Notes under the pieces: generated by a model
Seen by the model: only the letters and a program-made list of their open reading frames with translations
Databases searched by the model: none
Told to the model about the DNA's origin: nothing
Made by a program: the position numbers and the translations under genes
Shown here: positions 49,401 through 63,763 of the stretch, in pieces
Position numbering within the stretch: the first letter of the stretch is position 1
Layout of the letters: every line of letters starts with the position of its first letter
From: Scyliorhinus canicula
Taxonomy: Eukaryota
Reading direction: 5' to 3'
NCBI RefSeq assembly: GCF_902713615.1
Contig: NW_024055469.1
Coordinates: forward strand, 62,001-126,000
DNA: 64,000 bases

Positions 49401-51175
49401 GAGATCAGAGTCCTCATTGATGATTTTAGCCCAAACTAGAACCACATTAATTGGAAAACAAATATTTTCATGTAGGTTAGGAGCTCCACAAAGTGTTTCC
49501 AACCCCTCCGACCCATCTCCTGAACAGGTTGACACATTTATTTGTCTGACTAAAAGAATGATCTTTGATCGCACCGTGGTTAGCACTGCTGCCTCATGGT
49601 ACCAAGGACCCGTGTTCGATCCCATTTCTGGGTTACTGTCTGTGTGGAGTTTGCACATTCTCCCCATGTCTGTGTGCGTCTCACATCCACAACCCAAAGA
49701 TGTGCAGGGTAGGTGGTTTGGCCACGCTAAATTGCACCTTAATGGAAAAAAATAATTGGTCACTCGAAATTTATTTAAAAAAAGGATTGTCTCTTTCCTA
49801 ATGTTCACAATTAAAGGGATGGGTTCCCCAGCAGATGGCTGACATTTCAGGGGAAAGTAAATTGATAATGGACAGAGATATGTCTCGTGTTGTTATATGG
49901 TACAGATTAGATATATTATTTATCGTTCTGTAATAAAGTAAACATATTATTATTTCTCTTCTTGTAATATAAGAATATAGCTACGTTGTCGATTTCCAGT
50001 CATCTCTTCCCTCAGAGGGTTGTTAGTCTTTGGATTTCTCTTCCACAGGGACCAGTTGTATCTGGGGGCCATTGAATATATTGAAGCACAAGTTGGACAG
50101 ATATTTTATTGACATTGGAGTTCAGGGTTATGGGGAACAGGTAGGAAAATAGTGAAAGCTGAGATTATGGATTTCTTCACTCGAGGATGTGGTGAAGCTT
50201 TTGAATTCTCTATCCCAGAAGAATGTGGAGCCTCAGTCATCAGGTATGTTCAAGACAAATATTGACAGGTTTCTAGATATTGAAGATATCGAGGGATATG
50301 GGGATCGTGTGGGAAAATGGTGCTGAGGTAGATCGGCCAAGGATCTCATTGAATGGTTGAACAGACTCGGTGGGCCGAATGGCCTACTCTTGCTCCTATT
50401 CTAATCTCTGTGTCCTGGTCAGGAAGCAGTGAGCTGAGCTTGGATCTGTCAATCAACATGAATCCGCACCTTCAGGAGAATTGGGAGGGTGAATATTAGA
50501 TACAGCAGAGTGAGAATGGAGGGAGATTGTGGAGATTTACAGTTTTTAGAGAACGAGAGAAAATTATGTTCCATAAGAACTAGAATTGTCCTGAATTTTA
50601 ATAACAATGATCTTGATTGGGTTAGGTGGATTGGCCATGCTAAATTGCCCGTAGTGTCCTAATAAAAAAAGTAAGGTTAAGGGGGGGGTTGTTGGGTTAC
50701 GGGTATAGGGTGGATACGTGGGTTTGAGTAGGGTGATCATGGCTCGGCACAACATTGAGGGCCGAAGGGCCTGTTCTGTGCTGTACTGTTCTATGTTCTA
50801 TGATTGTCACAGGTAGGCATACATTGCAATGACGTTCCTGTGAATTTCTATCCTGTACTAACTGATGACTTTTGTGAATTTAAATGAATCAGCACCTTCA
50901 GGAGAATTGGGAGAGTGAACAGTAGATACAGCAGAGTGAGAATGGAGGGAGATTGTGTGGGATGGAGATTTACAGACTTTGGAGAACAAGATGATAGGAA
51001 TGGACTTTCCAATTAAACACTAATTTGATGTCAATTATCCAAATGAAGTCACTGAGACATAAAGGGGTTACAGGAGACACTATTTGTTCATGGAGATTTG
51101 TGTGTGAAGTTGGATCAAAGAAACAAAGGTGTTTGTGGAGAAACAGAGCTCTTGCCTCCTTTATTCTGCAGCAAC

Positions 51176-51501
51176 GGGCAGCACGGTAATTCAAGTGGGT
51201 AGCACTGTGGCTTCACAGCGCTAGGGTCCCAGGTTCGATTCCCCGCTGGGTCACTGTCTGTTCGGAGTCTGCACATTCTCCCCGTGTCTGTGTGAGTTTC
51301 CTCCGGGTGCTCCGGTTTCCTCCCACAGTCCAAAGACGTGCAGGTGAAGTGGATTGGCCATGATAAATTGCCCTGAATGACCAAAAAGGTTAGGAGGGGT
51401 TCTTCAGATGTGGGGATAAGATGGAAGTGAGGGCTTAAATGGGTTGGTGCAGACTCGATGGGCCGAATGGCCTCCTTCTTCACTGTATGTTCTATGTTCT
51501 A
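51176..51501 (+). mobile_element. HE1-like V-SINE
   Basis: Same subfamily as 17501-17820. Confidence 0.85.
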
Positions 51502-51960
51502 ACTCAGAAGCTCGAACACAAGAGAGGAAATAATGTTCCATAGAAACTAGAATTGTCTTCTCCGAATTTCTATCCTGTGCCAACAATGATAACTTTTATA
51601 AATTGTTTTTAAAGGATATTGGAAGAGGAGGAATCGCAGACAGACGTCTCAAACATCACGTCAAACTCAAACGATTCCTTTTGATCTGAATATCATCGGC
51701 GAGTAGGAGAAATGTTTGTCCGATCTGTCGGCTTCAAAAGGTTTTAAACGTGAGTGTGACGGGAAAAGCACCGAGACCCACACAACGCACACCCGAGTGA
51801 GAGTGTTCCAGCGAACTGACTGTGGAAAGAGCTTCAACTATGACACAGTCTGAGAAAACGTCACACCATTCACAGTGAGGAGCGACAGTGCACATGTTCT
51901 GTGTGTGGACAAGGCTTCCGCTGATTGTCCAATCTGGAGAGACACGGCGAGACCCAAAAC

Positions 51961-53331
51961 ATGGAGAAACCGTGGAAATGTGGGGACTGTGGGAAGGAAT
52001 ACAGATTCCCATCTGAGCTGGAGACTCATCGACGCAGTCACACTGGGGAGAGGCCATTCACCTGCTCTCAGTGTGGGCAGGGGTTCACTCGGTTATCGCA
52101 CCTGCAGGCACACCAGCGAGTTCACACTGGGGAGAAACCATTCACCTGCTCTCAGTGTGGAAAAGGATTAATTGATTTATCCAGCCTGCAGTCACACCAG
52201 CGAGTTCACACTGGGGAGAAGCCGTTCACCTGCTCTCAGTGTGGGCAGAGATTCCGTGCTTTATCCAACCTGCGGAGACATCAGCGACTTCACACTGGGG
52301 AGAGGCCATTCACCTGCTCTCAGTGTGGGAAGGGATTCCATACTTTATCCAACCTGCAGTCACACCAGCGAGTTCACACTAGGGAGAGACCATTCACCTG
52401 TTCTCAGTGTGGGAAGGGATTTATTGATTCATCCACCCTGCGGAAACACCGGCGAGTTCACACTGGGGAGAGGCCATTCACCTGCTCTCAGTGTGGGAAG
52501 GGATTCATTGATTCATCTACCCTGAGGAGACATCAGCGAGTTCACACTACGGAGAGGCCGTTCACCTGCTCTCAGTGTGGGAAGGGATTCATTGATTCAT
52601 TCACCCTGCAGAGACATCAGCAAATTCACACTGGGGAGAGGCCATTCACCTGCTCTCAGTGTGGGAAGGGATTCAGTGATTTATCCACCATGCAGACACA
52701 TCAGCGAATTCACACTGGGGAGAGGCCGTTCACCTGCTCTCAGTGTGGGAAAGGTTTTACTCAGTTATCCATCCTGCAGACACACCAGCGAGTTCACACT
52801 GGGGAGAGGCCATTCAGCTGCTCTCAGTGTGGGAAGGGATTCCGGGATTTACCCAACCTGCGGATCCATCAGCGAGTTCACACTGGTGAGCGCCCGTTCA
52901 TCTGCTCTAACTGTGGGAAGGGATTCACTCAGTCATCCAGTCTGCAGACACACCAGAGAGTTCACACTGGGGAGAAGCCATTCACCTGCTCTCACTGTGG
53001 GCAGAGATTCCGAGCTTCATCCAACCTAAGGAACCATCTGCGAGTTCACACTGGAGAGAAGCTGTTCACCTGCTGTCAGTGTGGGAACGCATTCAGTGAT
53101 TTATCCAGTCTGCAGACACACCAACGAATTCACACTGGGGAGAAGCCATTCACCTGCTCTCAGTGTGGGAAGGGATTTATTGATTCATCCATCCTGCAGA
53201 GACATCAGCGAGTTCACACTGGGGAGAAGCCATTCACCTGCTCCCTCTGTGGGAATGGATTCACACAATTATCCAGTCTGCAGACACACCAGCAAGTTCA
53301 CACTGGGGAGAGACCATTCACCTGCTCTTAG
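51961..53331 (+). CDS. Tandem C2H2 zinc-finger protein (456 aa, 16 fingers, class B), no KRAB
   Basis: ATG 51961 MEKPWKC; highly homogeneous 84-bp units ([10 protein letters not shown]); TAG at 53329-53331. Confidence 0.88.
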   Translation: MEKPWKCGDCGKEYRFPSELETHRRSHTGERPFTCSQCGQGFTRLSHLQAHQRVHTGEKPFTCSQCGKGLIDLSSLQSHQRVHTGEKPFTCSQCGQRFRALSNLRRHQRLHTGERPFTCSQCGKGFHTLSNLQSHQRVHTRERPFTCSQCGKGFIDSSTLRKHRRVHTGERPFTCSQCGKGFIDSSTLRRHQRVHTTERPFTCSQCGKGFIDSFTLQRHQQIHTGERPFTCSQCGKGFSDLSTMQTHQRIHTGERPFTCSQCGKGFTQLSILQTHQRVHTGERPFSCSQCGKGFRDLPNLRIHQRVHTGERPFICSNCGKGFTQSSSLQTHQRVHTGEKPFTCSHCGQRFRASSNLRNHLRVHTGEKLFTCCQCGNAFSDLSSLQTHQRIHTGEKPFTCSQCGKGFIDSSILQRHQRVHTGEKPFTCSLCGNGFTQLSSLQTHQQVHTGERPFTCS

Positions 53332-53345
53332 TGTGGGAAGGGATT

Positions 53346-54216
53346 ACATAGAAACATAGAAATATAGGAGCAGGAACAGATCATTTGGCTCTGCGCCTGC
53401 TCTGCCATTCATTATGATAATGGCTTATCATTCATAGCCTAATTCTGCTTTCCCTTCCATATCTTTAATTAATTAATAAACTTGTTTGTCACAAGTACAC
53501 TTACATTGAAATGAAGTTACTGTGAAAAGCCCCCAGTCGCCACATTCCGGCGCCTGTTCAGGTACACAGAGGGAGAATCTCTGTCCTAAATGGTCTACCC
53601 CGTATCCTCAGACTGCGACCTCTGGTTCTGTACCCTCCCACCATCGGGAAAATCTTTCCTGCATCTACCCTGTTAAGTCCTGTTAGGATAATATAGGTTT
53701 CTATGAGATCCCCCATTCTTCTGAACTCCAGTGGATACAATCCTAACTGATTCAATCTCTCATACGTCAGTCCCACCATCCCAGGAATCAGTCTCGTAAA
53801 CCTTCGCTGCACTTCCACCTGAGCAAGAACATCCTTCCTCTGATAAGGAGCCCAATACTGCTCACAATATTCCAGGTATGGCCTCACCAAGGCCCTGTGT
53901 AATAACAGCAAGATATTCCTGCTCCTGTACTTGAATCCGCTCGCAATGAAGGCTAGCACAGCATTTGCCTTCTTTACCGCCTGCTGTAGCTGCATGCTTA
54001 CCTTCAGTGACTGGTGTACAAGGATACCCAGGTCTCGTTGCACATTCCCCTCTCCTAATTTATGGCCGTTCAGATAATAGCCCGCCGTCTCGTTTTTGTT
54101 GTCAAAGTGGACAACCTCGCATTTCTACAAATTATACTGCATCTGCCATTCATTTGCCCACTCACTCAACTTGTCCAAATCACAATGAAGGATCTCTGCA
54201 TCCTCCTCACAGACCC

Positions 54217-54247
<31 letters not shown>

Positions 54248-55605
54248 GCAAAGTGGTGTCATCTGCAAATTTGGAGATATTGGATTTTCCTCCCTCACCA
54301 AATCATTAATATATAGGGTGTTGCAGTGGTTATCACTGTTGCCTCACTGTGCTGTGGACCAGTGTTTAATCCTGCCCCGGGTCACTGTCCGTGTGGATAC
54401 AAGTGTCTCCGTGGTCTCACCCCCATAACCCAAAGAAGTGCAGGGTAGGTGAATTGGCCACGCTCAATTGCCCCTCAATTGGTAAAAAGGAATTGGGTAC
54501 TTTAAATTTTTCTTAAAATCATAAATATATCTTGTGAATATCTCAGGTCCTAGCACCGATCCCTGTGGTATCCCACTAGTCACTGCCTTCCAGTTTGAAA
54601 AAGACCATTAATTCCTACTCTGTTTCCTGTCTGCCAACCAGTTTTCTATCCATATCAATTCACTACCCCTAATTCCAAGTGCTTTAATTTTACACATTAA
54701 TCTCTTATGCGGGACTTTGGTCAAAAGCCATCTGAAAGTCCAAATATCACATCCACTGGCTGCCCCTCGTTAACTCTACCAGTTACACCCTTGAAGAATT
54801 CCAGTAGATTTGTCAAGCATGATTGTCCCTTCATAAATCCATGCTGACTGTCCGATCCTGCCACTCGTTTCTCAGTGCTTTGCTATAAAATCTATGAGAA
54901 TGGAGTCTAGAATTTTCCCCACTGCCGATGTCTGATTTGCTGGTCTATAATTCCCTGTTTTCTCTCTCTATCTCTTTTTAAATGGTGGAATTACATAAGC
55001 CAATCTGCAGGAACTGTTCCAGAGTCTATAGAATCCTGGAAGATGACCACCGTTGCATCCACTATTTCTACACGACTTCCCTAAGTACTTCGGTTGCAGA
55101 TTATCAGACCCTGGGGATTTACCACCCTTCAATCCCATCAATTTCACCAACACCATTTCTCTCCTAATATTGAGCTCCTTCAGTTCCTCCCTCTCACTAA
55201 ATCCGGCGCTTCCCAACATTTCTGGTATCTGCTTTGTGAAGAAAGCAGCAAATTATGTATTTATTTTCTCACCCATTTCTTTGTCGCCTCTGATACAATC
55301 AGCCTGATTTCCTGTTTTATGCCATTCCCAACATCACCACTGCAGTTTGGGGGTCTATATACGATGCCCACTAAGTTTTTTGCCCCTTGGTGTTTCTCAG
55401 CTCCACCCATACAGATTCCACATTGTTGGAGCTAATATCCTTCCTATTACATTAATTTACTCTTTAACCAGCACTGCCACTCCACTGCCTTTTCCTTTTT
55501 GTCTGTCCTTCCTAAATACTGAATAGATTCAATTCCCATCCCTGGTCATCCTGCAGCCATGTCTCCATAATCCTGATGATCTCACTCCCGTTTACATCTA
55601 TTTTC
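53346..55605 (-). mobile_element. CR1 LINE (RT, internally deleted) inserted into the ZNF 3' end, with nested SINEs
   Basis: ORF 53558-54043 QRDLGILVHQSLK...ALVRPYLEYC; KSPGSDN at ~55.1 kb; tail (tatgtttc)n at ~53346. Confidence 0.88.
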
Positions 55606-55607
55606 AC

Positions 55608-55800
55608 AATTCACTCGGTATGCCATCTGCAGTCACACCAGGGAGTTCATACTGGGAAGAGGCCGTTCGCCTGCTCTCAATGTGCGATGAGATTTAGTAA
55701 TTTATTGAACTTTCTGAGACAACAACATGTTCACAACAGATTACAGGGATTGGATTCTGCTGTTATTGTTTCTGTTCTCAATTACATCCAGGACTGCATT
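55608..55800 (+). pseudogene. Displaced terminal fingers and conserved post-stop element of the 51961 ZNF
   Basis: HLQSHQGVHTGKRPFACSQC...VHNRLQGLDSAVIVSVLNYIQD. Confidence 0.8.
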
Positions 55801-58800
55801 TTGTTCATTCTGTTGGTCAATGGGGATGGTCAGAGGGTTTCTTTCTGCTGGACTGGCTGGTCTCACGGCTTCGCCTCTAGTGGGCTGATTCTCTCTGAGC
55901 CTTCTTGCGAATATCTGGTTTCACATTTCACAAGGAGTGAAAGGGGTTTGGCGGTTAAAAGATGTTTCATTGCTATTTCTGTTTGGAAACCCCAAAAATC
56001 ATGCTTCATTGCCATGAAGATGGGCTATGGTGGTTACATAATTCTTTTGTTTAATTTATCTTCATGCTTCTCACAGAAGAAAACAATCAGGGTATGAGGG
56101 GCAAGTTGTCTGAGGTGCACTGGGAAACTTCATTAAATTGTGTGGTGGGAGACAGGCAATCAGTAATATTGAAGGAATTATTACAGATTTACACTGGGAT
56201 TGGTTAGCTCAGTTGGCTGGATGGCTGGTTTGTGCTGAGTGACACCAACAGCACAGGTTAAATTCCCATACCGGCTGAGGTTAGCCATGGACTTTGTCAA
56301 TATTTACGCTCCACATGATTCTCCACCCACCCCTCTACATCTCCCCATCAGCATATCCTCTATTCCTTTCTCCCTCTGTGTATGTCTCTAGCTTTACGTT
56401 CAATGGATTCATGCTGTTCACCTCAACCACTCGCTGTGGTAACGGGTTCCACATTCTCACCACTCACTGGGGAAAGAGGTTTCCACTGAAATTCCTATTG
56501 GATTATTGAATCCCTTCATAATCTCAAAGACTTCCACCAGATCACCCATCAGCCTTTGCTTTTCCAGAAAAAAGCAGCTCCAGCCTTTCCTGAGTGTTAA
56601 ATGCTCTCAGTTCTGTATATTATGAATCTTTGTTGCACCTTATCCAGTGCCTCTATTTCCTTTATCGAAATGGAGATCACCAATGTTGACAGAGCTCCCA
56701 GTGTAGTCTAACCATCGTTCTAAACAAGCTGAACATTTCCTCTGTGCTTTTCAATTCTATCCCTCTGCAATGGAACCCTATGTATGGGCTCCCCACTTTC
56801 GGAAAGATGTGATGTTCTTGGGGTGTAGAGGACATTAATGAGAATGGCACCAGAGATGAGGGACTCCAGTTAGTTGGAGTGACTGGAGCTGCTGAATTTC
56901 TCCCGAGATCACAGCATCTGGAGGGTGGGGAATGAGGCCATTCAGCCCTTTGAGACCGTGTTGGCTCTCTGTGGAGGAAGCCAGTCTGCCCATTGCCCCG
57001 TTCTATCCCCAAATCCCTGTGGGTTTATTTCTCTGAGTGCCTGTCCAATTTCCTATTGAAATCCTTCTGTCATCTCTGCATCTCCTACCCTCATAGGCAG
57101 TAGGTTCCAGGTCGTTACCACTCGCTTTACATGTACACAAGGCTTCTCGAGCACTGAGAAGTCTATTTGGCCCATTTTTCCCATGCCAGCTCTTTGTACA
57201 GCAACCCATTTAATCCCAGAGTTGGACTATTTTGTTTTCTTTTTCAGAATGTACCAAATTCCCTTTTGGAAGTTACAGTCCAATGAGATTCCAGCACCTC
57301 ATTGCAAATGGACAGTGCATTACAAATCACAACGATTCGCTGTGTTTTACAGCAAATAATTGTGCGTATGGTGTGTCTGGAGTTTCACAGTATTCAAAAT
57401 GGTGTCAATGCTGTGGTTATTACACTAAATAAGACCCAATCTTTATCAATGATTTTGGTGAGGACACCGAGTGTAATATATCCTTGTTTGTGGACAATTA
57501 GAACAAATGTACATTTTTATAAAACCTCTCACTACCACTGGACCACCTGAAGTGTTTTAAAGCCAATGGAGTACTTTTGAAATGTATTCACTGTTGTAAT
57601 GTAGGAAGCTGTAAGTACGCATATGTAATCACATTTAGGTTTTAAATTGTTATTTTCATAGTGCATTCACTGTCATTAGTAATAAGGTCAAGGAAGCCCT
57701 TTTATGTCTCTAATATGTGGCTTCCTGCAGCCATTTCACCTGTACCGTTTCTGTATGAACTACGTATTGATTTCATAGCAATAAACAAGAATTAAATTCA
57801 TGATTATTCAGTAGTTAACATTGATTATCATTAGTGAATTGGTGTATTAGGTAATTATATTGCAAAGACTAGATCTTTAATTTTAAAAATAACACAATCA
57901 ACCAAAATGTTTCCAGAAACTGCAGAGCTATCAGAATTTGTTTGAAAAATAAATTACTTTTATAATTTTGAGAAGTTACAAGACACCATATTCTGCCAAG
58001 AATATGTGGGCTGGGCAGTGGAGTAATGGTATTGTTACTGGGCTAGTAATCCAGAGACCCAGGTTAATGCTCTGGGGATCTGGGATTGAATCTGCCTCTG
58101 ACAGATATTGAATTTGAATAAAATCTCAAATTAAAAGTCGATTTATGACATTGTTGATTGTTGTAAAAACCCATTTGGTTCATTAATGTCCTTTTGGAAT
58201 CTGCTCTCCTTACGTGGCCTGGTCTACATGTGACTCCAGATCTACAGCAATGTTGTGGTTGGTTTGTAAGCCTCCTCTGAAATAGCCTCACAAGACACGC
58301 AGTTCAAGGGCAATTGGAATGTGCAGTAAATGCTGGTCCAGCCAGTGACCCCCACCTCCCATTAATGAATAATTCTTAAGAAGGCTCATTGTTCAATCTG
58401 AAGATTAGTAAGAAACTGTCTCTTTGATTGGATTTGATTTATTGTCACGTTTCCCGAGGTACAGTGAAAAGTATTGTTCTGCCTACAGTCCAGACAGATC
58501 GTTCCATACATGAAACAATCTAGGACATCCGATAAATACACAATGTAAATACATAGACACAGACACAGTGTGAAGCGTAAGTGACCTAGTGTATCTTGTA
58601 TCAAATGTATCAATTAAAAATTGTATTAATTAGCTACCAATCTAACGTGATTAAATAAGTAGTGATCCTTAATTGAGTTACAATTAATTAAACAATAATG
58701 AATCAGTAGTTATAGTAAAAGTCTGAGTTTTATTTGTTGTAAAAATATAAAAGCTTAATCGCTGTGTATATAAAGAATGTGCGATGAGGATAAATGTACC

Positions 58801-59359
58801 GGCAAGGGAGACCTTCCAATTCTGATTAGCCTCAACATTTGAAACTGTTTGAATAAGGGGTTGTACAGAATCAGATAAAGGGATAGTATGAAACTGTTCA
58901 ATTGTATTCCTGTCAAAGGTAATGAGAGAAGGTGGTGTCAGTAATTAAACATCCAATTAAATTAAACTGGTGCCCAATTAACCAATAGTCATGTTACCAC
59001 AGGCCCAACTCTGACATGAGGTAATGGTCACTTTGGGGGTAAAAGTCGAGGTTCCGAAGGTCTTCCTTGCTGGTCAAGTACTGAAGACTCTCGAGGCCGA
59101 GTTCCAAGGAAATTAGTGTCAAAGAAGGAGCCAGGGAGGGTTACGCTTCCACAGACTGATCACCTGCATGAAGTTGTAAATGTAAATGTCTTCAAGTCAG
59201 TCAGTAAAGCTTTTCTTTAAAAAAACTCCTTTTTAAATTTACTGTCCAGAATTCTGCCTTTGATTTAATTGGTTAATAAAGTCTTGTCCGAACTAAAGCA
59301 AATTTATTAATTGGGGATGTCTGAAATCAATTAAGGATCAAAAAGCATCAATCTTCAAC

Positions 59360-59512
59360 TTAAAACATGCACTTCTGTAGCGCCTTTCATAACCCCAGCA
59401 TGTCCCAAAGTGTCGTCACTGTTCTAGGAAATGCAGCAGCCAATTTCCACAAAGCAACATGGCACAAACAGCAATGTGGCAATGTGCAGATCATCTGATT
59501 TTGGTGATGTTG
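59360..59512 (-). mobile_element. Ancient Deu-domain/AmnSINE-like fragment
   Basis: tagcgcctttca...tcccaaag...gcagccaattt...cacaaacagcaatg. Related fragments at ~5490-5612 and ~57500-57620. Confidence 0.45.
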
Positions 59513-59514
59513 AT

Positions 59515-62500
59515 TTAAAAAAAAATACATTTTGTTAAGGTTTTGTAATTTTATAAGTGAGAACAGTAAACAATGCAAATCCACATAAAACATCGTGCAT
59601 AAATTATCTCCATCCCTAACAAGTCCCTCCTACCCTCAACAGAAAATAGCCTAACTATCCCCCTTTAAGTTTTGTGCCTCTGCTGACAGTTAATTTTCTC
59701 TAAAGAAGTCGACAAATGGCTGCCACCTCCTGATGAACCCGAGCGTTGACCCTCTGAGGGCAAACTTGATTTTTCAAGTCTGAGAAACCCAGCCATGCCG
59801 CTAACCCAGATCTCTGATTCCAGGGGCTTCGAGTCCCTCCACGCTAGCAATATCCATCTCCGGGCTACCAGGGAGGCAAAGGCCAAGACATCAGCCTCTC
59901 TCGCCCCCTGGACTGCCGACACTCCAAAATCCTGCACCTCTGGGCTCAGCACCACCCGTGTTTTTAGGGCCGTGGACATGACATCTGCAAAACCCTGCCA
60001 GGATCCCCCAAGCTTCAGGCAGGCCCAGAACATATGGACATGACTTGCTGACCGCCCCCCCCACACCTGTCCTCTACCCCAAGAAACCTGCTCATCCAGG
60101 CCACCGGCATGTGTGCCCGGTGAACGGGGCAGCACGGTGGCACAGTGGTTAGAATCGCTGCCTCATGGCGCCAAAGTCCCAGGTTCAATCCCGGCTCTGG
60201 GTCACTGTGTGGAGTTTGCACATTATGCCTGTGTTTGCATGGGTTTCGCCCCCACAACCCCAAGATGTGTAGACTAGGCGGGTTGGCCACGCTAACATGC
60301 CCTTTAATTGGAAAAAATAAATTGGGTACTCTACATTTTTTAAAAAATGTCTGCGCTGTGAACGACCATAAATTGTATCAGGCTGAGCCTGGCACATGAT
60401 GAGGACGTATTGACTCTGCTCAAGGCATCCGCCCACAGACCTGCCTCTATCCTCCCCAGAGCTCCTCTTCCCATTTGCCCTTTAGCTCCTCTATCTGAGT
60501 TTCCCTCGACTCCATGAGTTCTTTGTAGATATCCAATACCTTTCCCTCTCCCACCTCTCATAACGTTTAAGAGCCTTCTGACATTGGTAAGTTGCCTGCC
60601 CTTCACAAACCCCGTCTGGTCTTCCCTTATCACCTCAGGGACACAGCCCTCTAGCCTTGAGGCCAATATTCTGGCCAACAGTTTGGCATCCACGTTCAAT
60701 ACGGAGATTGGCCTATATGACCCGCATAGCTCAGGGTCCATCACCCGCTTCAGGATCGAGGCCTGTGACATTGTTGGGGGAAGGAACCCCGCTCCTTTGC
60801 CTCATTAAATACCCTCACCAGCAGCGGGCCCAGCATCTCCGAGAACTTCTTATAAAATTCCACTGGGTAGCCGTTCAGTCCCGGGGCCTTACCCGACTGC
60901 ATGGCCTCCAGCCTTTCTGCTATTTCTTCAATTCCAATCAGGGCTCCCAATCCCTCCACCAGTCCTTCATCCACCTTCGGAACTTCAACTCACCCAGAAA
61001 CTGCCTCACCTCTCTACCTCAGCTGGGGGTTCTGACTCATATAGCCTGCAGTAAAACTCCTTAAACACCCCGCTCACCCCTGCTGGGTCCAAGACCGGGT
61101 TCCCACCTCTGTCCTTCACTCTTCTTATCTCCCTGGCCACCTCCCTTTTCCTCAGCTCATGCGCTAGCATCGTACTGGCCTTCTCACCACTCATATACCG
61201 CTCCCCCCTCACCTTCCTCAGTTGCTCCACCGCCTTCCCTGTAGATAACAGCTCAAACTCCTTTTGTAGCCTCTGCCGCTCCTTCAATAACCCCGCCTCC
61301 GGGGCCTCTGAATATGTCCTGTCCACCTGGAGTATTTCTCCAACAGCCTATCCCTCTGCTCGCTCCACCTTTTCCCTATGGGCCCATATCAACATTAACT
61401 CCCCCCCAACCACTGCCATCAGCACTTCCCAAACTGTTGCTGCTGAGACTTCCCCCGTGTTATTTATTTCCAAATAGTTCTGGATAGACTCCCTCACCCA
61501 CCCGCACACCCCCTCATCCGCTAACAGTCCCACACCCAACCTCCATTGCGGGCGCTACCCTCTCCCTTACTCACCCGTAAATCCACCCAATGTGGGGCAT
61601 GGTCCGACACAACAATTGCCGAATATTCAATATCAACCGTCTCGCCAGTAAAGCCCTGCTCAGAATAAAACAGTCGGTCCGGGAGTACGCTTTGTGCACA
61701 TTGGAGAAAAATGAAAACTCCTTCACTCTTGGCCGTCCGAACCTCCATGGGTCTACCACCCCCCACCCCATCTACTCCATGAACCCCTTCAAGTTCCTTC
61801 GCTACTGTTGGTACCCTCCCTGTCCTTGACCTCGACCGGTCCAACCTTGGGTCAATAACCGTACTGAAGCCCCCCCCCCCCCCCCCCCCCCCATGATCAG
61901 CTTATGCAAATCTAGGTCTGGGATCTTACCCAACACCCTCATGAATTCCACACTGTCCCGGTTTGGTGCATATATATTCACAAGTACCACCAGCATCCCC
62001 TCAAGCTTTCCACTCACCATGATGAACTTTCCCCAACGTCCACCACTATTCTCCCTGCCTCAAATGCCACCCGTTTGTTGATCAGGATCGCGACCCCGCT
62101 AGTCTTAAGAGTCCAGCACTGAAATGAAATACTTGGCTGACCCATCCCTTCCTCAATCTGGTCTGATCTATTGCTCTCAGGTGTGTCTCCTGTAACATTG
62201 CCACGTTCGCCTTCAATCCCTTCAAATGTGTGAACATGTGAGCCCTCTTAACCAGCCCATTCAGCCCTCTAATGTGCCAACTACTGATCACCCTTCTTAG
62301 GCCTGCCTCCAGCTCGCGTCCCTCACCTCCATTGGCCCGCCTTCGGGCATCCACTGTCCTCGACCTCCCCTTTTGTCTCTCAGCAACAGTTTCTCCTCTG
62401 TCAGCAGAGCAGCTCCCGCTTCCCCCTCCGCCCCACTATTAGCAGCACAAGAATCCCAACCCCCCTTAACAAACTTACCACCTGCTCACTACCCCCTCCC

Positions 62501-63763
62501 CCACTGCACTTCCGTGACGTGATTTAGCCCACCGAGCCTGGCAACCCACCCATGGCGCCAGACATCCTATCCCCCCCCCCCCCCGCTCGAACAAACATAT
62601 TCAAAACATCACAGTCCCCAATCAACATACAGTAGAAAAAAATCCCTCCACCATCTACCTACTGAAATAAAGTTAACTTACAAATCTAAGCAACGGCCTA
62701 AAAAACTGTTACACAGAGAGCACTGCATATACAGATCAAAACTAAGGAAACTTTAACAGAATCGATACCGCAATACCCTCCCCCAAGGTTCAATGCCCTC
62801 AAACCCCTGCCAGCCTTTTGTCTTTGATAAAGTCCATCGCTTCGTCCGGCGATTCAAGGTAAAGTTCTTGGCCCTCATACGTGACCCACAGATGCATTGG
62901 GTATAACAACCCAAACTTCACCCCCTTCTTGAAGAGGGCCGATTTTACCCTATTGAATCCAGCTCGTCTTTTGGCCAGTTTCACGCCCAGGTCCTGGTAG
63001 ATGCGCAGCTCACAGTTCTCCCACTTGCAGCTCAGTGTCTGCTTTGCCCACCGCAAAATCCGCTCCTTATCCAGGAAGCGATGCATTCGCACCCGGATCA
63101 CCCTCGGAGGTACATATCGCTCGCGACTACCTCGCAAACGCTCTATCTACTTCCAAGGGTCGACAAAACGCCCCATCTCCCATCAGCTTTTCGAGCATAT
63201 TTCTCACACATGCCCTTGCGTCCGACCCTTCACTGCCCTCCAGGAGGCCGACAATCCTCAGGTTCTGTCTCTGGGACCTGTTCTCCAGGTCCTCCTGCAA
63301 CTTTTTCTGGTGGTCCCTCATCAGCCCCACCTCCACCTCCAAAGCGGTTAAATGGTCCTCGTGCTCAGCCACCTTCTGGATCGCCGGTCCATGGGCTTCC
63401 AGCCCCTGTCCACCCAATCAATCCTTGCCTTAGTTAGGTTGCCTTCATTTGCTTGGTGACGCTCTCCTGAATGAACTCCACCCGCAGTAACATTGACCAC
63501 TGTGCCACCAAACCGGGATCCTGCGCCTCTGCCCTGCTTTCCCGTGCTGCAGGTTCTACAGTCACCTTCTCTGCTCAACTAATTCTTCTTTTACGACCAT
63601 TTCTGGTCCACGGCTCCACGTACTGGTGGGGGATATCTCCTCACTGTCTCACTCTCCACCGATGTTTCTAATAGAATTCCGAAACAAATCGGGCGAAAAG
63701 GTCCGTCACGAGCGGGAGCTCCCAAATGCGCGACCTCCTACTCCATGGCCGGCACCAGAAGTC
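59515..63763 (-). mobile_element. Near full-length decayed L1 (5'UTR, ORF1, ORF2 with an internal deletion); V-SINE nested at 60126-60347
   Basis: ORF1: DLENRSQRQNLRIVGLLEG, LRIYQDL, KFGLLYP. ORF2: AMLQETHL, LVNIYAPN, SDHAP, GKAPGLNGYPVEFY, SYRPISVLNVDAKLL, DQTGFVKGR. Confidence 0.9.

Noticed and set aside
52040-53345. Regular 84-bp repeat with variable middles, resembling a CRISPR repeat-spacer array
   Set aside because: It is the 28-codon C2H2 finger periodicity inside an ORF. The context is eukaryotic and there are no cas genes.
52172-53359. Alternative-frame ORFs such as [19 protein letters not shown] (also near 9.7-10.8k, 13.4k and 26.7k)
   Set aside because: Shadow frames of the repetitive finger codons.
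57624-59335. AT-rich segment with LTR-like features (TG start, AATAAA at ~59275)
   Set aside because: No clear termini or TSD, and it is interrupted by SINE and LINE tails; insufficient support.
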